The notes under the pieces are model-generated. The model ran no database searches. It had not been told where the DNA came from and was given only the letters and a program-made list of their open reading frames with translations. A DNA stretch of 61,468 nucleotides from Mayamaea pseudoterrestris (Eukaryota): assembly GCA_027923505.1 (NCBI GenBank), contig BROI01000005.1, positions 1,178,001-1,239,468 on the forward strand. The letters run 5' to 3'. Shown piece by piece: positions 23,687 to 34,246 of this stretch (the stretch's first letter is position 1; the number at the start of each line of letters is the position of its first letter). Position numbers and translations under genes: made by a program.

Positions 23687-24621
23687 ATGAAGATTGCACT
23701 TCTACCATTTTGCCTCGCCGCTGCATCAGCCTTTAGCGCGCACCCGGTGGCGACGACTCGCTCATCTCGTACTGATGCTCTCCGCGCTGCTTCGTCCCTC
23801 CGTCCCGACGGAAAAAAGAGCGAGTTCGACAAGCCTCTCCATAAAGTTGCGTCGACGGTACCGGTGGCTTCTCCAAAAGCTCTCAGTGAACGTGAGCGAG
23901 CCAAACTTCCGGATGTTATGTTAGACGCAGATTACATTTTGACTATTGGAGTGGCCGCCTTATGCCCATTGATCATTTGGTACCATCCTTGTAAGTAGAG
24001 TAATAACTTGAAAGGCTCGTTAAGTTGCGCAAAGCCTCTCACGCGTGACATATCTTGATTGCTCGAAAAACAGCCTACGACCCAGCTGGTGGACCGTCCC
24101 TTATTGGCGTCGCCGGTGGTCTCTTTCACGCACTCTTTGCTGCCCTTCTTTGGGTGCAGACTCGTCGGGTTCGCTGCGTCTTTGAGAAGGATAGTTTCGA
24201 GTTTTACAATATCAAAGGTCCGAAACTTGACTTGGAAAAAGGCGCTTGGTTAGAGACCAAGCCAGATAACTACGTTGTTGGGACGCTGAATCGTTGGAAG
24301 TACGACAAGATTACAAACTATGGATTCTTTCCTTCTTTGGAATTTCCAGTCATTGTCTTTTTCAAGGAGACGGAGACTGACGAGAAGAAGTGGAATCGAT
24401 GGTTTGCCGCCTTTGATGGATATGGTCGTGGACAGCCTCACTTCTTTCCTGGTAAGTTGGTCGGACGAAATAAGCAGTCTGATGATACGTCGACCTGATT
24501 GCTCGTTTCTACATCATCTCTCGCAGGCATTTGCAATGCTGGCCAGTTTAAAGAGCAGATGGAGCTCCGTGGTGTCAAGAGAAAGCCAATTCCCACGTTG
24601 AAGGATCAACAGAGCAAGTAG
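23687..24621 (+). CDS. Plastid-targeted DUF3119-like membrane protein; exons 23687-23990, 24074-24451, 24527-24621
   Basis: Bipartite presequence MKIALLPFCLAAASA-FS and two TM segments. QTRRVRCVFEKDSFE, PVIVFFKET and QPHFFPGI resemble cyanobacterial/plastid DUF3119. Two in-frame GT-AG introns. Confidence 0.78.
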
Positions 24622-24818
24622 CTGCATTGCATTTAACGACGACAACAACAAGTACAGCAACAATTACACCAACAACACCATCAAGCGCCACAGATGTAAC
24701 GAGACCCAAGCAAGGATCAGCAACAATCCAATACGATCGCGCTGTCATTTACCGGAAATTCCACAATAAGAACTATAAAAATGCATCGTTTAAATTTAAT
24801 TTTAGTTGAAAGTAGTAG

Positions 24819-25814
24819 CTATTTATTTAACTTCTTGGCGGACAGCATTTTGAGGTATCCACCAATGTTCTTTTGCGTGGAGGCCTGTGTGATAAATCGG
24901 ACAAAGTCTTCGACGTCTTTCTCTCGACTTGTTCGCAAAATGTCCATTTGCTGAAAGCAGAGCAAGCATTGTGAGCGTGCTGTCAGAAACACCGAAACAC
25001 CACTCAGCTGCATTACAGACGTACCTCGTTTCGAACGAGCATCTTCGACGCGACCCTGGACACAGGCGGAATCTTTGCCCACTGAGTGGCGACTTGCATT
25101 GCTCGCTCTCTTACGTTGTCTTGTTCCACTACTTCGTCGATAAGCGAAATTCTGAGTGCCTCGTTTGGCGAGTAGAGCGTCCCCAAGCCCAACGCCTTCT
25201 CCGCTTCGCGTCGTCCAATGGTATCAATCATTTGCCGGCCAAGCCACGGAGGAGCCACAATACCCAGCTGACTTTCATTTAGACCAACCTTTCCTACACT
25301 GTTTCCCATAATTCGATAGTCACAGCTCAGTGCAAGCATACACCCTGCGGCAGGAGCATGGCCTTCAATGGCTGTCAATGAACAGATGAAAAGGATGACA
25401 TAGTGTAAGTAAATGGAACCAGCAAGTTGCGATTTCGTTCATTCTTTTACCTGCAACACAAGCCAGGCGACTTCCATATAAATCAAGGTACAATCCCTGA
25501 AACGACTTCCAAAAGTCAACGAGTCGGTCTGGGTCGGGCTTGTGCAGTTCCATGATGTCGAGACCACTGGAAAAGATTGTAGGCAAGGCTGATTGCAGAA
25601 CCAGAGCCTGAATCGATTGATCTGCTTCGGCATCTCGAATGGCTTTCGACAGAGCTTGGAACATTTCAAGCGAAAGGGCATTGACTGGTTTGCTCTGCAT
25701 CGTCAAAACGGCAACACTTGAATCCAAATCAAGAGCGACTAACTCATCCGAGGCCGATGACACAAAGGTTCTCCGAGGAGCCATGCGGGTTACTCGGAAT
25801 AAAGCTGAAATCAT
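24819..25814 (-). CDS. ECI1: Mitochondrial enoyl-CoA delta isomerase (crotonase family); exons 25814-25451, 25371-25025, 24950-24819
   Basis: PVNALSLEM, FSSGLDIMEL, AAIEGHAPAAGCMLALSCDYRIM and GLNESQLGIVAPPW motifs. Two GT-AG introns restore the frame. Confidence 0.9.
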
Positions 25815-26161
25815 CTTGACCGGAATTATTACGATAGTAGATTGGTTTAAGAGGCAAATGCACGATGATGGATATGATAAACGAGTATTATGGTACACAA
25901 GTAGGATCAGGAAGCATTGACATAGATGGATCGATCGATCGGATCATCGACGCGATTGCCATGAATGACCGCATACGAGGCAAGAATGACTATCAACTGT
26001 AACACCGGTACGACATTTTTAGCAATCGTCAGTCACGGCCTCGATGGTTGCTCGCTGGCTATCGACGAGCGACCACCATGACGAGAGGTGCCAAAACGAC
26101 TTTCAACATCGCAATCAGCGTGTAACAACTGTCACAACAAAGGAGAAATTTATTTGACAGG

Positions 26162-26677
26162 ATGATATCTCGGATATCAGCGCTCATTGCTCTGCTCAAT
26201 CTCATCGGCAGCGACAAAACTTTGTGCGCAGCTTTTGTCGCACCATCGCTGTCACAGCATACTAGCAGACACCGTGTCCAGTCCATGAGCAAGACATACC
26301 ATGACGAGTCTTTGGTATATCGACATCGTCGAGAAGGGTTATTGAACGCAATCGCCGCCATGGTTTGCCTCGTGCCACTCACCTGCCTTCCACTGCCGTC
26401 GAATGCAGCCATCAGCAGTAACGTCCCAGGCACGGTCTGGCTAACTGGAAAGTATCCTCAAATTCCTGGCCAGAAGCCTCACGAGAAGAGTGATGTCAAA
26501 GGAACGCGACGAGACCCTAGTTTTTTGCGTAGCATATCAGACTGCAAATCTCAATGCGAACGAAACACTGGCGCCGACGGCTTGGCTAGAGCAAAGGAAG
26601 ACTGTTTATCCGAGTGTCAAGACATTTGCTGCGATAGCTATGAGCAGTGTACCTTTGCAATTGTCCCTCGGATATGA
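26162..26677 (+). CDS. Small Cys-rich protein, probably thylakoid-lumen targeted
   Basis: Signal peptide ending CAA-FVAP, a transit region, then RR + hydrophobic stretch + SNA-A (Tat-like). Seven Cys in the last ~45 aa. Confidence 0.75.
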   Translation: MISRISALIALLNLIGSDKTLCAAFVAPSLSQHTSRHRVQSMSKTYHDESLVYRHRREGLLNAIAAMVCLVPLTCLPLPSNAAISSNVPGTVWLTGKYPQIPGQKPHEKSDVKGTRRDPSFLRSISDCKSQCERNTGADGLARAKEDCLSECQDICCDSYEQCTFAIVPRI

Positions 26678-26967
26678 CCAATCCAACTGGGACCAGGTCA
26701 CACCCGCCGCCATGGCAAAAGTTTTGTCGGCCTATTGCGCGTTTCTCACCGGTCGTGCTCAATTGATATTGCTTTTAAACGGTTTCATCGTCAATTAGCA
26801 TTAGTTTGCGGTTAAAACAGGATATGCACTGTAGCTACCGGTAGTTTCATTTGATGAGGTATAATACTACTTGTACGAGTAGCGGTAGCTAATTAACTTG
26901 GTCGAAGTGACAGCGTGTCGAAGCGCGCGCCCGCGCGTCGCACTTTCTTTCGGCGTCCATCGTCACC

Positions 26968-28611
26968 ATGGCAGTGGCCTGCCGCCGGAGCATTTCATAC
27001 TGGATACTCATGGCGACCCTTACTTGGCGGACATCAATGTCGCGAGCACTATTAGCGAGCTTTGCTGCCTCGGCGTCGTCTTATCGTAGGGTAGCAAGCA
27101 ATTTGGACAGCAATTCGTCAGGACTCTATCCTTCCTACCATCGACAGTCTAGATTGCTCCTCGGCTTCCAGGATCGGTCATTCAGTAGTGATCAAGACAG
27201 GTTCTCTTCACGCCCAGCAGATGAGAAGGAGAATTCAGCCAGGGACGAAGATACTGCTTCCCCAATTTGGTCTAAAGCTACGCGATCGGTCCGAGAGCTT
27301 CGATCCGGCCTTTCCCGTATCTTTTCTGCAGCAGGCTTCCTCTCATCATCAACGACATCACTTTTCACTGATCGAAATCAACTGCAGCGTCTCAAGGTCA
27401 CTGTCGATGCCTTTCAGAACTTTTTGACAAGCAGTGGAATTGATATGGAGCTTTCCGAATCGCTGAACATTCGATTGCTCGACAATCTCATTATTCTGGG
27501 GCGGGTTCAAAAGGCAGCTTTCCTTGGAATCGATATTCGAGACACAGTCGCACTGGATACAGTACCAGCCAATCTACCGTCGTCAGAAGAGTGGTACAAG
27601 TACATGCGCTTTGCCACTGCCGCGTATGGTGCAGCAATGATCAGAGCTGCCGAGATTGATGTCAAGGGCAAGTTTGACGCCAGGTTTTTGAACAGAACTG
27701 TGATAAAGAAGAGAATGAGCGAGCATGTTGGAATACCTGAAAACGATTTGGTTGTTCTAGACGTTGATTTCGATGGAAACACTAAGCACCTCAGGTACTT
27801 TGTGGCGGTCGATCATGCCGACAAGAAGATTGTACTCGCCATTCGCGGTACATTTTCACTCAGTGAAATTGTCACGGATGTCGCCGCTTTTTCGAGACCA
27901 TTTTGTGGTGGCGAAGCGCATTCAGAAATGGCAACTGTAGCAGAACGAACTTGGGAAGTGGTTGGACCCACGATTCTAAAGTTGCTTGAAAGCAACCCGA
28001 CGTACGAGCTTGTTTTGACGGGTCATTCACTTGGGGCTGGATGTGCGGCACTCTTGAACATTATGTGCCATCAAGACGACAATAAACTCGTGAATGGAAG
28101 GCCTGTGCGTTGCTTTGCGTACGCATGCCCTCCGGTATTTGCTCCACTGGAAAGTGCATCCGTCGCGATTAAAGCATGCACTGGATTCATTAACGAGGAG
28201 GACGTAGTTCCGCTTCTCTCGGTCGACTCTGTCAGACATGTGTTCGCGAGTATCAGGGCTATTGAAGAGCTAAATATACCATGGCGCGAGAGGATGAAGC
28301 TAGTGACGGGCTTGGCCGACCTAGACGAGCGATTGACAGATGCCGTGGGCAACGCCAACCAAAAAAGACTTACGCCATTGGACGGCGCCCCAGTATTGTG
28401 CGTCCCAGCTCAGGCGTCGGTATGGCTGCGAGAGAAAAAATTGTCTGGTAAATTTGACGCCAAGATTTGCGATCCTGTCAAAATTTCACGAACACCGATA
28501 CAAATTGGCGTCGATATGCTACAAGACCATTTTGTTTCGCGATATGAGGTTGTCCTTTATCATCTTGAAGAGACTGAGCAAACGGCAGTGACGGAATATA
28601 CACAAAAATAA
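26968..28611 (+). CDS. Class 3 lipase (Lipase_3, DAG-lipase-like)
   Basis: YMRFATAAYG, IVLAIRGTFS, TGHSLGAG nucleophile elbow, FAYACPPV, DVVPLLS and DHFVSRY catalytic His. Confidence 0.92.
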   Translation: MAVACRRSISYWILMATLTWRTSMSRALLASFAASASSYRRVASNLDSNSSGLYPSYHRQSRLLLGFQDRSFSSDQDRFSSRPADEKENSARDEDTASPIWSKATRSVRELRSGLSRIFSAAGFLSSSTTSLFTDRNQLQRLKVTVDAFQNFLTSSGIDMELSESLNIRLLDNLIILGRVQKAAFLGIDIRDTVALDTVPANLPSSEEWYKYMRFATAAYGAAMIRAAEIDVKGKFDARFLNRTVIKKRMSEHVGIPENDLVVLDVDFDGNTKHLRYFVAVDHADKKIVLAIRGTFSLSEIVTDVAAFSRPFCGGEAHSEMATVAERTWEVVGPTILKLLESNPTYELVLTGHSLGAGCAALLNIMCHQDDNKLVNGRPVRCFAYACPPVFAPLESASVAIKACTGFINEEDVVPLLSVDSVRHVFASIRAIEELNIPWRERMKLVTGLADLDERLTDAVGNANQKRLTPLDGAPVLCVPAQASVWLREKKLSGKFDAKICDPVKISRTPIQIGVDMLQDHFVSRYEVVLYHLEETEQTAVTEYTQK

Positions 28612-29511
28612 AGTGTGACTCTTAAACCAATTCGGTAGTTATAAGCTTTCCTTTTGCTGCTCTCATCTTACTACTCTCTATTGATACGATAGTCTCGATA
28701 GAACAAAGACTGTAGTTAAGTGAAAGTCGCTTTACTGCCGATATTGGGTGTGATTTTGGTGTGATATGGGTCGATGAAAGGACACTGAAAGACTGAACAA
28801 ACAAGCAACTAATTGGGTAAAAAAAGCCACGTATGCTCGAGCTCAAATCCACCGGAAGTTGCTTTCAACTTGCATCCAAAAAGGCCTGATATGGTGCAAA
28901 GTCATGTGCAAGGATGAATGAAGGAATTCCCTGGATTCCCATGGTAATGGCCTGATTATGTGGAACGAGCTTTCTACGTCAGCACTTTACGCCACTGACA
29001 GTGATAGACTTTCTGCTCGACAAAATTGAACGAAGTGGAAGGAAGCAGGTGCATTTTAAAGCGATCATGGAGTCAAAACTATCCGATGTCGATAGTGAAG
29101 TCGGAAGCCAATAACACATAACACCAATGGCTCGCCACTGTGAAGGCGATGCCCCTTTCAACAAAGGCATTGACTTACCCCAAGACGTCGAGAACCTCAT
29201 TCGATGGTGACAATGCGGCGGATCGATTCCAAAGTCCAAAATTCCAACTAGTGGTCATTTAACGTTTGCTTATCCAAATGAAAAATGTTCACGAGCGAGT
29301 TTGCCTGTGCTGCAGCTTTGCGACGACATTGGAAGCCTTTTTGACCTTGAAGTGGCGAGAAATTGCGATGTTTGGACATGCGTGTGTTGCTGTGTCTGCC
29401 AACTTAAATCTTCAGTCCAATGAGATTCGATTCTGTACGTGCCCTCCTATTCTATGATAATACCAATGTGTACGAACAATTCATGTCGCTGATAATAGTA
29501 TACTGTAGTCG

Positions 29512-30627
29512 ATGGCAAGAGCAAGGAATGCAGAGTACGACGAGGCTTCTCCCGCGCTGGTCACTGAGTGTCGTACCGGTGTTGCTTATTGTCACTGCGA
29601 CATACTCCGCTTTCGTCTGCGCATCACAAATCACAAAACCACCATGTGTGCTATGATAGCCACTCGAAGCCTACTCTCTCCTATAGGTCCTGGCCTTGGC
29701 GGCATACAGAGCAAGCTAATAGTTCCTCCTTCTACTTTCTTCGACGTGGCCAGCTCTGCCCTGTCCGGAGCTTGGGCTGTCTTGTCAGACCAATCCTCGC
29801 GCGATCGCTACGAGGCAGCCATACACGACCACATCATCAAGGACGAAGTATTGAGTCAAGCATCTAACGGGAGTGTTTTAACATACGCACTCTTCCACAA
29901 TATCTATCAGGATGAACTCTTTGCCGACTGTAAGTTTGATGCCAAGGAATTCGCCCGCGTTGTTGGGCCAGCGCTCGAGAACTTTCATGATACGTTGGAA
30001 AGGCTACAAACGACGTTCGCAGCCACAAGCGACGCTGGCATTCACCAAGAAAAGATGACGGGGGCTGAGAAGAAGTCGGACGATCAAACACTGGCCAAAT
30101 TACGCGATGCATTTATGGATGTGAACGAGTGGCGCACGGTGGCAGACAATGATCCAGAATCCTTGGCAGCCCACTTTTCCAAAATGGCAACGCCTACCTG
30201 CTTTGACATGTATTATTTCACTACAAAATTGACAGCATCACTTACAGCACCATGTCGGTCCTTTGTCAAGTGCTCGGTCTATAATGCGGCGCTGCTACGG
30301 GCGCGCGCACAGGTGATTCCAAACGAAAATTACGAAGACGTCGTGGGAGAGTACGACGAGTTTGATCTTAGCAAGACAATTAAGGTGGCAGCGCAGCTAG
30401 ATGTTTTGTATGAGTATACCTTGACGCACGAGGTGTCCACGAATGGCGTTGCAGACGTTGTCAAGGAAACGGCGACGCCGGAAACGATCAGCACTACCAA
30501 ACTGGGAGTTGCCATAATTGAAGGGTGGTTGAGTGGAGGCCCGGAGAAACACCTACGTTGGAAGGTGGCCTTTTTGCGTGAGGCCCACGAGTTTCCGGAT
30601 TATGTGTCAACCATTGAGCGGCAATAG
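29512..30627 (+). CDS. Uncharacterised protein, possibly Tim44/MBA1-like (NTF2-type) fold
   Basis: 371-aa ORF. FDAKEFARVVGPALE, AAQLDVLYE and IEGWL...RWKVA resemble Tim44-like domain elements. True start may be near 29644. Confidence 0.6.
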   Translation: MARARNAEYDEASPALVTECRTGVAYCHCDILRFRLRITNHKTTMCAMIATRSLLSPIGPGLGGIQSKLIVPPSTFFDVASSALSGAWAVLSDQSSRDRYEAAIHDHIIKDEVLSQASNGSVLTYALFHNIYQDELFADCKFDAKEFARVVGPALENFHDTLERLQTTFAATSDAGIHQEKMTGAEKKSDDQTLAKLRDAFMDVNEWRTVADNDPESLAAHFSKMATPTCFDMYYFTTKLTASLTAPCRSFVKCSVYNAALLRARAQVIPNENYEDVVGEYDEFDLSKTIKVAAQLDVLYEYTLTHEVSTNGVADVVKETATPETISTTKLGVAIIEGWLSGGPEKHLRWKVAFLREAHEFPDYVSTIERQ

Positions 30628-30652
30628 AATAAGGCAGGACGGCAAGTGTAAT

Positions 30653-31288
30653 CTACAATTTAGGTAGTCCTTGAGCATGATGTAATAGCTCTCGGACCAA
30701 CATACCTTCCAGTACATGCCCATCCGCAATACTAACCCAATCGTTTGTCAACTTGCTCAAAATATACACCGTCTGCCCAATCCGTGGCGTGGACATGGTG
30801 ACGACCGATTGCTCCACATCCACTTGGATCGAATACTGTCCCTGCAAAGGACCAAAATCTATTAGCAAAAAGGGTCCCAGGTCATCCTCCATTCCTTTTG
30901 TCAGAAAAAAGGGATCGTTAACTTGCTCCATTGGCTGTAATGCCGTGTAAAGCTTGTCAATTAGAGCTGTCGCCGTCTCACGAAACAGTAAAACTTCTGT
31001 GACTGCATCGTGACTGTAACCAAGTGAATTGCGCGAGCCGATATCATAAGAAACATTATTGTCGTCATCTTCACTGTCGTCATCACCGTCATGTTGTGGC
31101 GGAGTTGGTGGAAGTCTTTTGGATCTCCTTCGCAAAGCAAACGACGAGTGTGGAGTGGCCAAAAAATTGCGCATCGGGGAACGGAAATGGAATGTATAAG
31201 TCGCGGGATACGACAGTCGGGAATCCACTTTCGTCACACTAGTCACGCAACGCGACAGCAGTTGGGGTCGAAGCATGCGGTAATTCAT
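30653..31288 (-). CDS. Divergent frataxin/CyaY-like protein, mitochondrial-type presequence
   Basis: Helix FRETATALIDKLYTAL, strands LLIDFGPLQGQYSI and MSTPRIGQTVY, then WVSIADGHVLEGMLVRELL follow the CyaY layout. Arg-rich N-terminus. Confidence 0.72.
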   Translation of the reverse strand: MNYRMLRPQLLSRCVTSVTKVDSRLSYPATYTFHFRSPMRNFLATPHSSFALRRRSKRLPPTPPQHDGDDDSEDDDNNVSYDIGSRNSLGYSHDAVTEVLLFRETATALIDKLYTALQPMEQVNDPFFLTKGMEDDLGPFLLIDFGPLQGQYSIQVDVEQSVVTMSTPRIGQTVYILSKLTNDWVSIADGHVLEGMLVRELLHHAQGLPKL

Positions 31289-31435
31289 TTTTACAGATTC
31301 ATAGTAGTTTTTTGTGGAGCGAATGAACGGACGGCGGTTTGTGGCTGTTCATGTTCTTGAGTCGTGCGTCGAATCAAATGTTTCAGTCGTATTTTGAGGT
31401 CGTACCGTTATTGCAAGCGAGCCGGTCATTCAGGG

Positions 31436-31465
31436 GCGATGTTAGCGGACGGTGTTTCATCGTTT
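31436..31465 (+). repeat. Left terminal inverted repeat
   Basis: gcgatgttagcggacggtgtttcatcgttt; the reverse complement of 32731-32760 is gcgatgttagcgggcggtgtttcgtcgttt. Confidence 0.9.
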
Positions 31466-32730
31466 CGTCGTTTCGTCGCACCATGAAACACCAAAGAACC
31501 CGGAAACTCGATGCTCCAAGCAACGAGACGCCCATTGCATCGTTGCTTCATTGCGCCATCGTTTCATCATCATATACACCACAATGGAGGTTGATCCCGC
31601 AGCCCAAATGTAACAGAAACAACTTGTATCAATACAGAAGATATGTTTGGAGCTTATTGCGCGTTTGGGTGCTCTATAAAGCTTTGACAGGCGAAAGATC
31701 CACCTTGACACCAAACACCGCGATGCACCGAGCACCACGCACTGTCGAGCGCGTCGACGACTCACGTTTCTCCAGGCTGGTACCATCCAGCGCTCATGCA
31801 ACTGCTTCATCGGCCTTCAAGTTGGTACATACTTGACCAAAATGTGTGCGAGGATAGCGCAATTGCCTGCATTTTGCGTTGTTCCAGTGAGGCCTGCGCG
31901 CAATGGTCGGCACGGTCGCACGGTCTACACGCTCACATTCCATCAACTATCCTCCTTCCAAGCAGCGCAGAAGCAAGTCATAAGTTCCTACCATCCTACC
32001 AATTGATTTTGCCTCTTTGCCAATGACAAGAGCAAGCAAGACTGGTCAGATTCAGTGTGAGACGCTTCAATACGCATGCATTCCATCTTCCGCATCCATC
32101 ATGCATTCCGTCGCTTTGAAATCAACTCTCAGCATTGAAAGCAAGACTTTGTGAAATGCGTGGCAATTCCAACTATATGTTTCTTCCTCTGCTGGATCAT
32201 AGCGCGTACGTGGTCCATGAAAAGAATCTCAGGTTTTGGCGGCAAGTGGTCGTCTTGCCGACGTTGAGCTCTTGGCTCCCTTTAAATGAGTCTATGATGC
32301 AATAAGCTTCTTTTGTAGATAATAGTTACTATAAAACATTATGTATTTACACCTGTTGCTATTAACCAATGTCATGATGGCAAATTCAACAACCAAACGC
32401 AGCGTTCATATTTCATCAACTTGTATGGCGTACGCCACGGGAACAAGGAAAAATGAAACCATCGCTCTTTCACATTGCAATCCCGGGCACTTTAGAGAAG
32501 CCACCTGTTGAATCAGAATGTTAATAGCTTTATCAAGAGGCAAGATATGCAGGGGTTTGTGCGGGACCATTTTTCATGTCCTTTTGATCGTGGGTTCTCA
32601 GTCCCAGGAAATGATAGGCTTAATAAATGATGACGTGGATTGACGTTTTGGCATGAATCAATGAAACGACGAAACGACCGCTAACTCCACGGCGCGCGTT
32701 GTTTCAAACGACGAAACGATGAAACGCGCA

Positions 32731-32760
32731 AAACGACGAAACACCGCCCGCTAACATCGC
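32731..32760 (-). repeat. Right terminal inverted repeat
   Basis: aaacgacgaaacaccgcccgctaacatcgc; a partial extra copy lies at about 32661-32685. Confidence 0.9.
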
Positions 32761-32889
32761 GTCTCATCGGATTCGTATTCATGGCCGACTAATCGACCAT
32801 GGCGTTTCTCCAGTTCACAGAATGCTACCAAATCGCTGCTACCGGTACCGTTCAGCACAGTATAACGTACCGACCATAAGTCTAGCATA

Positions 32890-34173
32890 ATGTACGAATC
32901 CAAATTCATGAATGGGACTTCCCCGAGGAATTATCTCCGCGGCTTTTCAGAAGCCAGCCAACCACCACCAGAATTGCTCCGAAATCGCGACAATTTTCCT
33001 TCCTTGGAGGAAGTGTTTGCGGAACAAGATGGATCTGATAATTTAACAAGTTTTCTTTCTAATTCGATGGACTATTCCATAGGGACTCGTGCAGCTCTCA
33101 ATTGCCACTTGCGTCATGTGTCAAAGTTTGGTATCGACGGCGATGGAAATGACGGTTCGAGTGAACGACGAGAAGGATCAAAATCTTCCCATATTCGTAT
33201 GCAGCAAAATTCCAACGTGCAAAACGATCTTTGGGAGCGCATTTTAGAAGGTGATTTGTCAAGTTTCATTTCATTGTCCTTGAACGACACCTTGTCGTCT
33301 GCAGTTTCATCGCCATGCGGTAAGAGCAACGAATATGTCGACGCAAATAGCCGTCACTTGACTCCAGTACGCATTCGCAACGCAGTCATTCACGGAGTTA
33401 CAATCAGATGCCAAGAGGAATATGCTTGTGGTTCCAGTGAATCGCCTCATCAAGCGAATCGTTCTGCAGACGTCCGCAATGATTCTGATGTCTACCTGCC
33501 TTTACCTGATAAGGAGTCGTCGCATATAAGTGTTCTAAACTTGTCTCGAATAAGTCATGATGAAAGTCAATACACGCTGTCAGAGAGTCCGATCGATTGC
33601 GTTGAAGAGGTGTCACCCGGCCGGTGCCAAATAGCATACACTCCGACTCGACAAAGTAGCTCGGAGTTTCGGTCGCTGCAATTGCCACTGTTCCACGAAA
33701 AGGAGAACGCCGCACTGGGTATGGTCTATCCGCTCGAGAATTCAGATATTGTTTCCTTTTCGCCGATATCTAGTCCAAATCGCGATCATTTCACCATTGG
33801 ACCTGGTCTTTGGCACCATAAACCTGAACCCATTGTGCGTGATCCCTGTCCGCATCCGCAACCTACGCATACCGGTATGCCTTTGCAGGATCAACAAAAG
33901 GTACAACTAGCGCCATCTTCCGAAACAAAAAGCGACAATATGTTGGTTTTAACACGCACTACGAGCAAACACGCGATCACTTCCTACGACATCCCTTCAA
34001 CTTTTCTGTCACAGACGCAAGTCGATCGGCGTCGGTTTCGGACTGTGGTACCGCGTCGAGTCTTTATGAACGACCCAAGTGACTTTTTGGAGTACGGCGA
34101 CTCATTTGCTCCTCCTACTGCAGGACCTTCTCGGCTGGCGCATGATACTGATATCAGCACATTACGAAAATAG
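32890..34173 (+). CDS. Uncharacterised, largely disordered Ser/Pro-rich protein (427 aa)
   Basis: Long uninterrupted ORF with many SP/TP sites and a KEN motif at 33700-33708. Confidence 0.72.
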   Translation: MYESKFMNGTSPRNYLRGFSEASQPPPELLRNRDNFPSLEEVFAEQDGSDNLTSFLSNSMDYSIGTRAALNCHLRHVSKFGIDGDGNDGSSERREGSKSSHIRMQQNSNVQNDLWERILEGDLSSFISLSLNDTLSSAVSSPCGKSNEYVDANSRHLTPVRIRNAVIHGVTIRCQEEYACGSSESPHQANRSADVRNDSDVYLPLPDKESSHISVLNLSRISHDESQYTLSESPIDCVEEVSPGRCQIAYTPTRQSSSEFRSLQLPLFHEKENAALGMVYPLENSDIVSFSPISSPNRDHFTIGPGLWHHKPEPIVRDPCPHPQPTHTGMPLQDQQKVQLAPSSETKSDNMLVLTRTTSKHAITSYDIPSTFLSQTQVDRRRFRTVVPRRVFMNDPSDFLEYGDSFAPPTAGPSRLAHDTDISTLRK

Positions 34174-34246
34174 TAGCTTCAGAGGCTTTAATATGTATGT
34201 TTTCTCGGTTATTAACTAGCCATGCAGCGATTAATCTTCCTCTAGT

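Larger units (their letters stand above)
31433..32763. mobile_element. Non-autonomous DNA transposon, probably PIF/Harbinger-like, 1331 bp
   Basis: Inverted repeats 31436-31465 and 32731-32760 match at 28/30. TCA flanks both ends (31430-31432 and 32764-32766). Subterminal GAAACGAC/GAAACGAT repeats. No intact transposase. Confidence 0.78.

Noticed and set aside
24627..24809. Thr-rich 60-aa ORF / ACA-rich low-complexity tract
   Set aside because: It starts at a non-ATG codon 5 bp after the DUF3119-like stop and is best explained as low-complexity 3' UTR.
31339..31836. 165-aa ORF crossing the left TIR as a transposase
   Set aside because: It has no DDE or Myb/SANT motifs and starts outside the element.
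32661..32745. Short GAAACGAC repeats as a CRISPR-like array
   Set aside because: The units are about 8 bp without unique regular spacers, in eukaryotic context; they are subterminal repeats of the TIR element.
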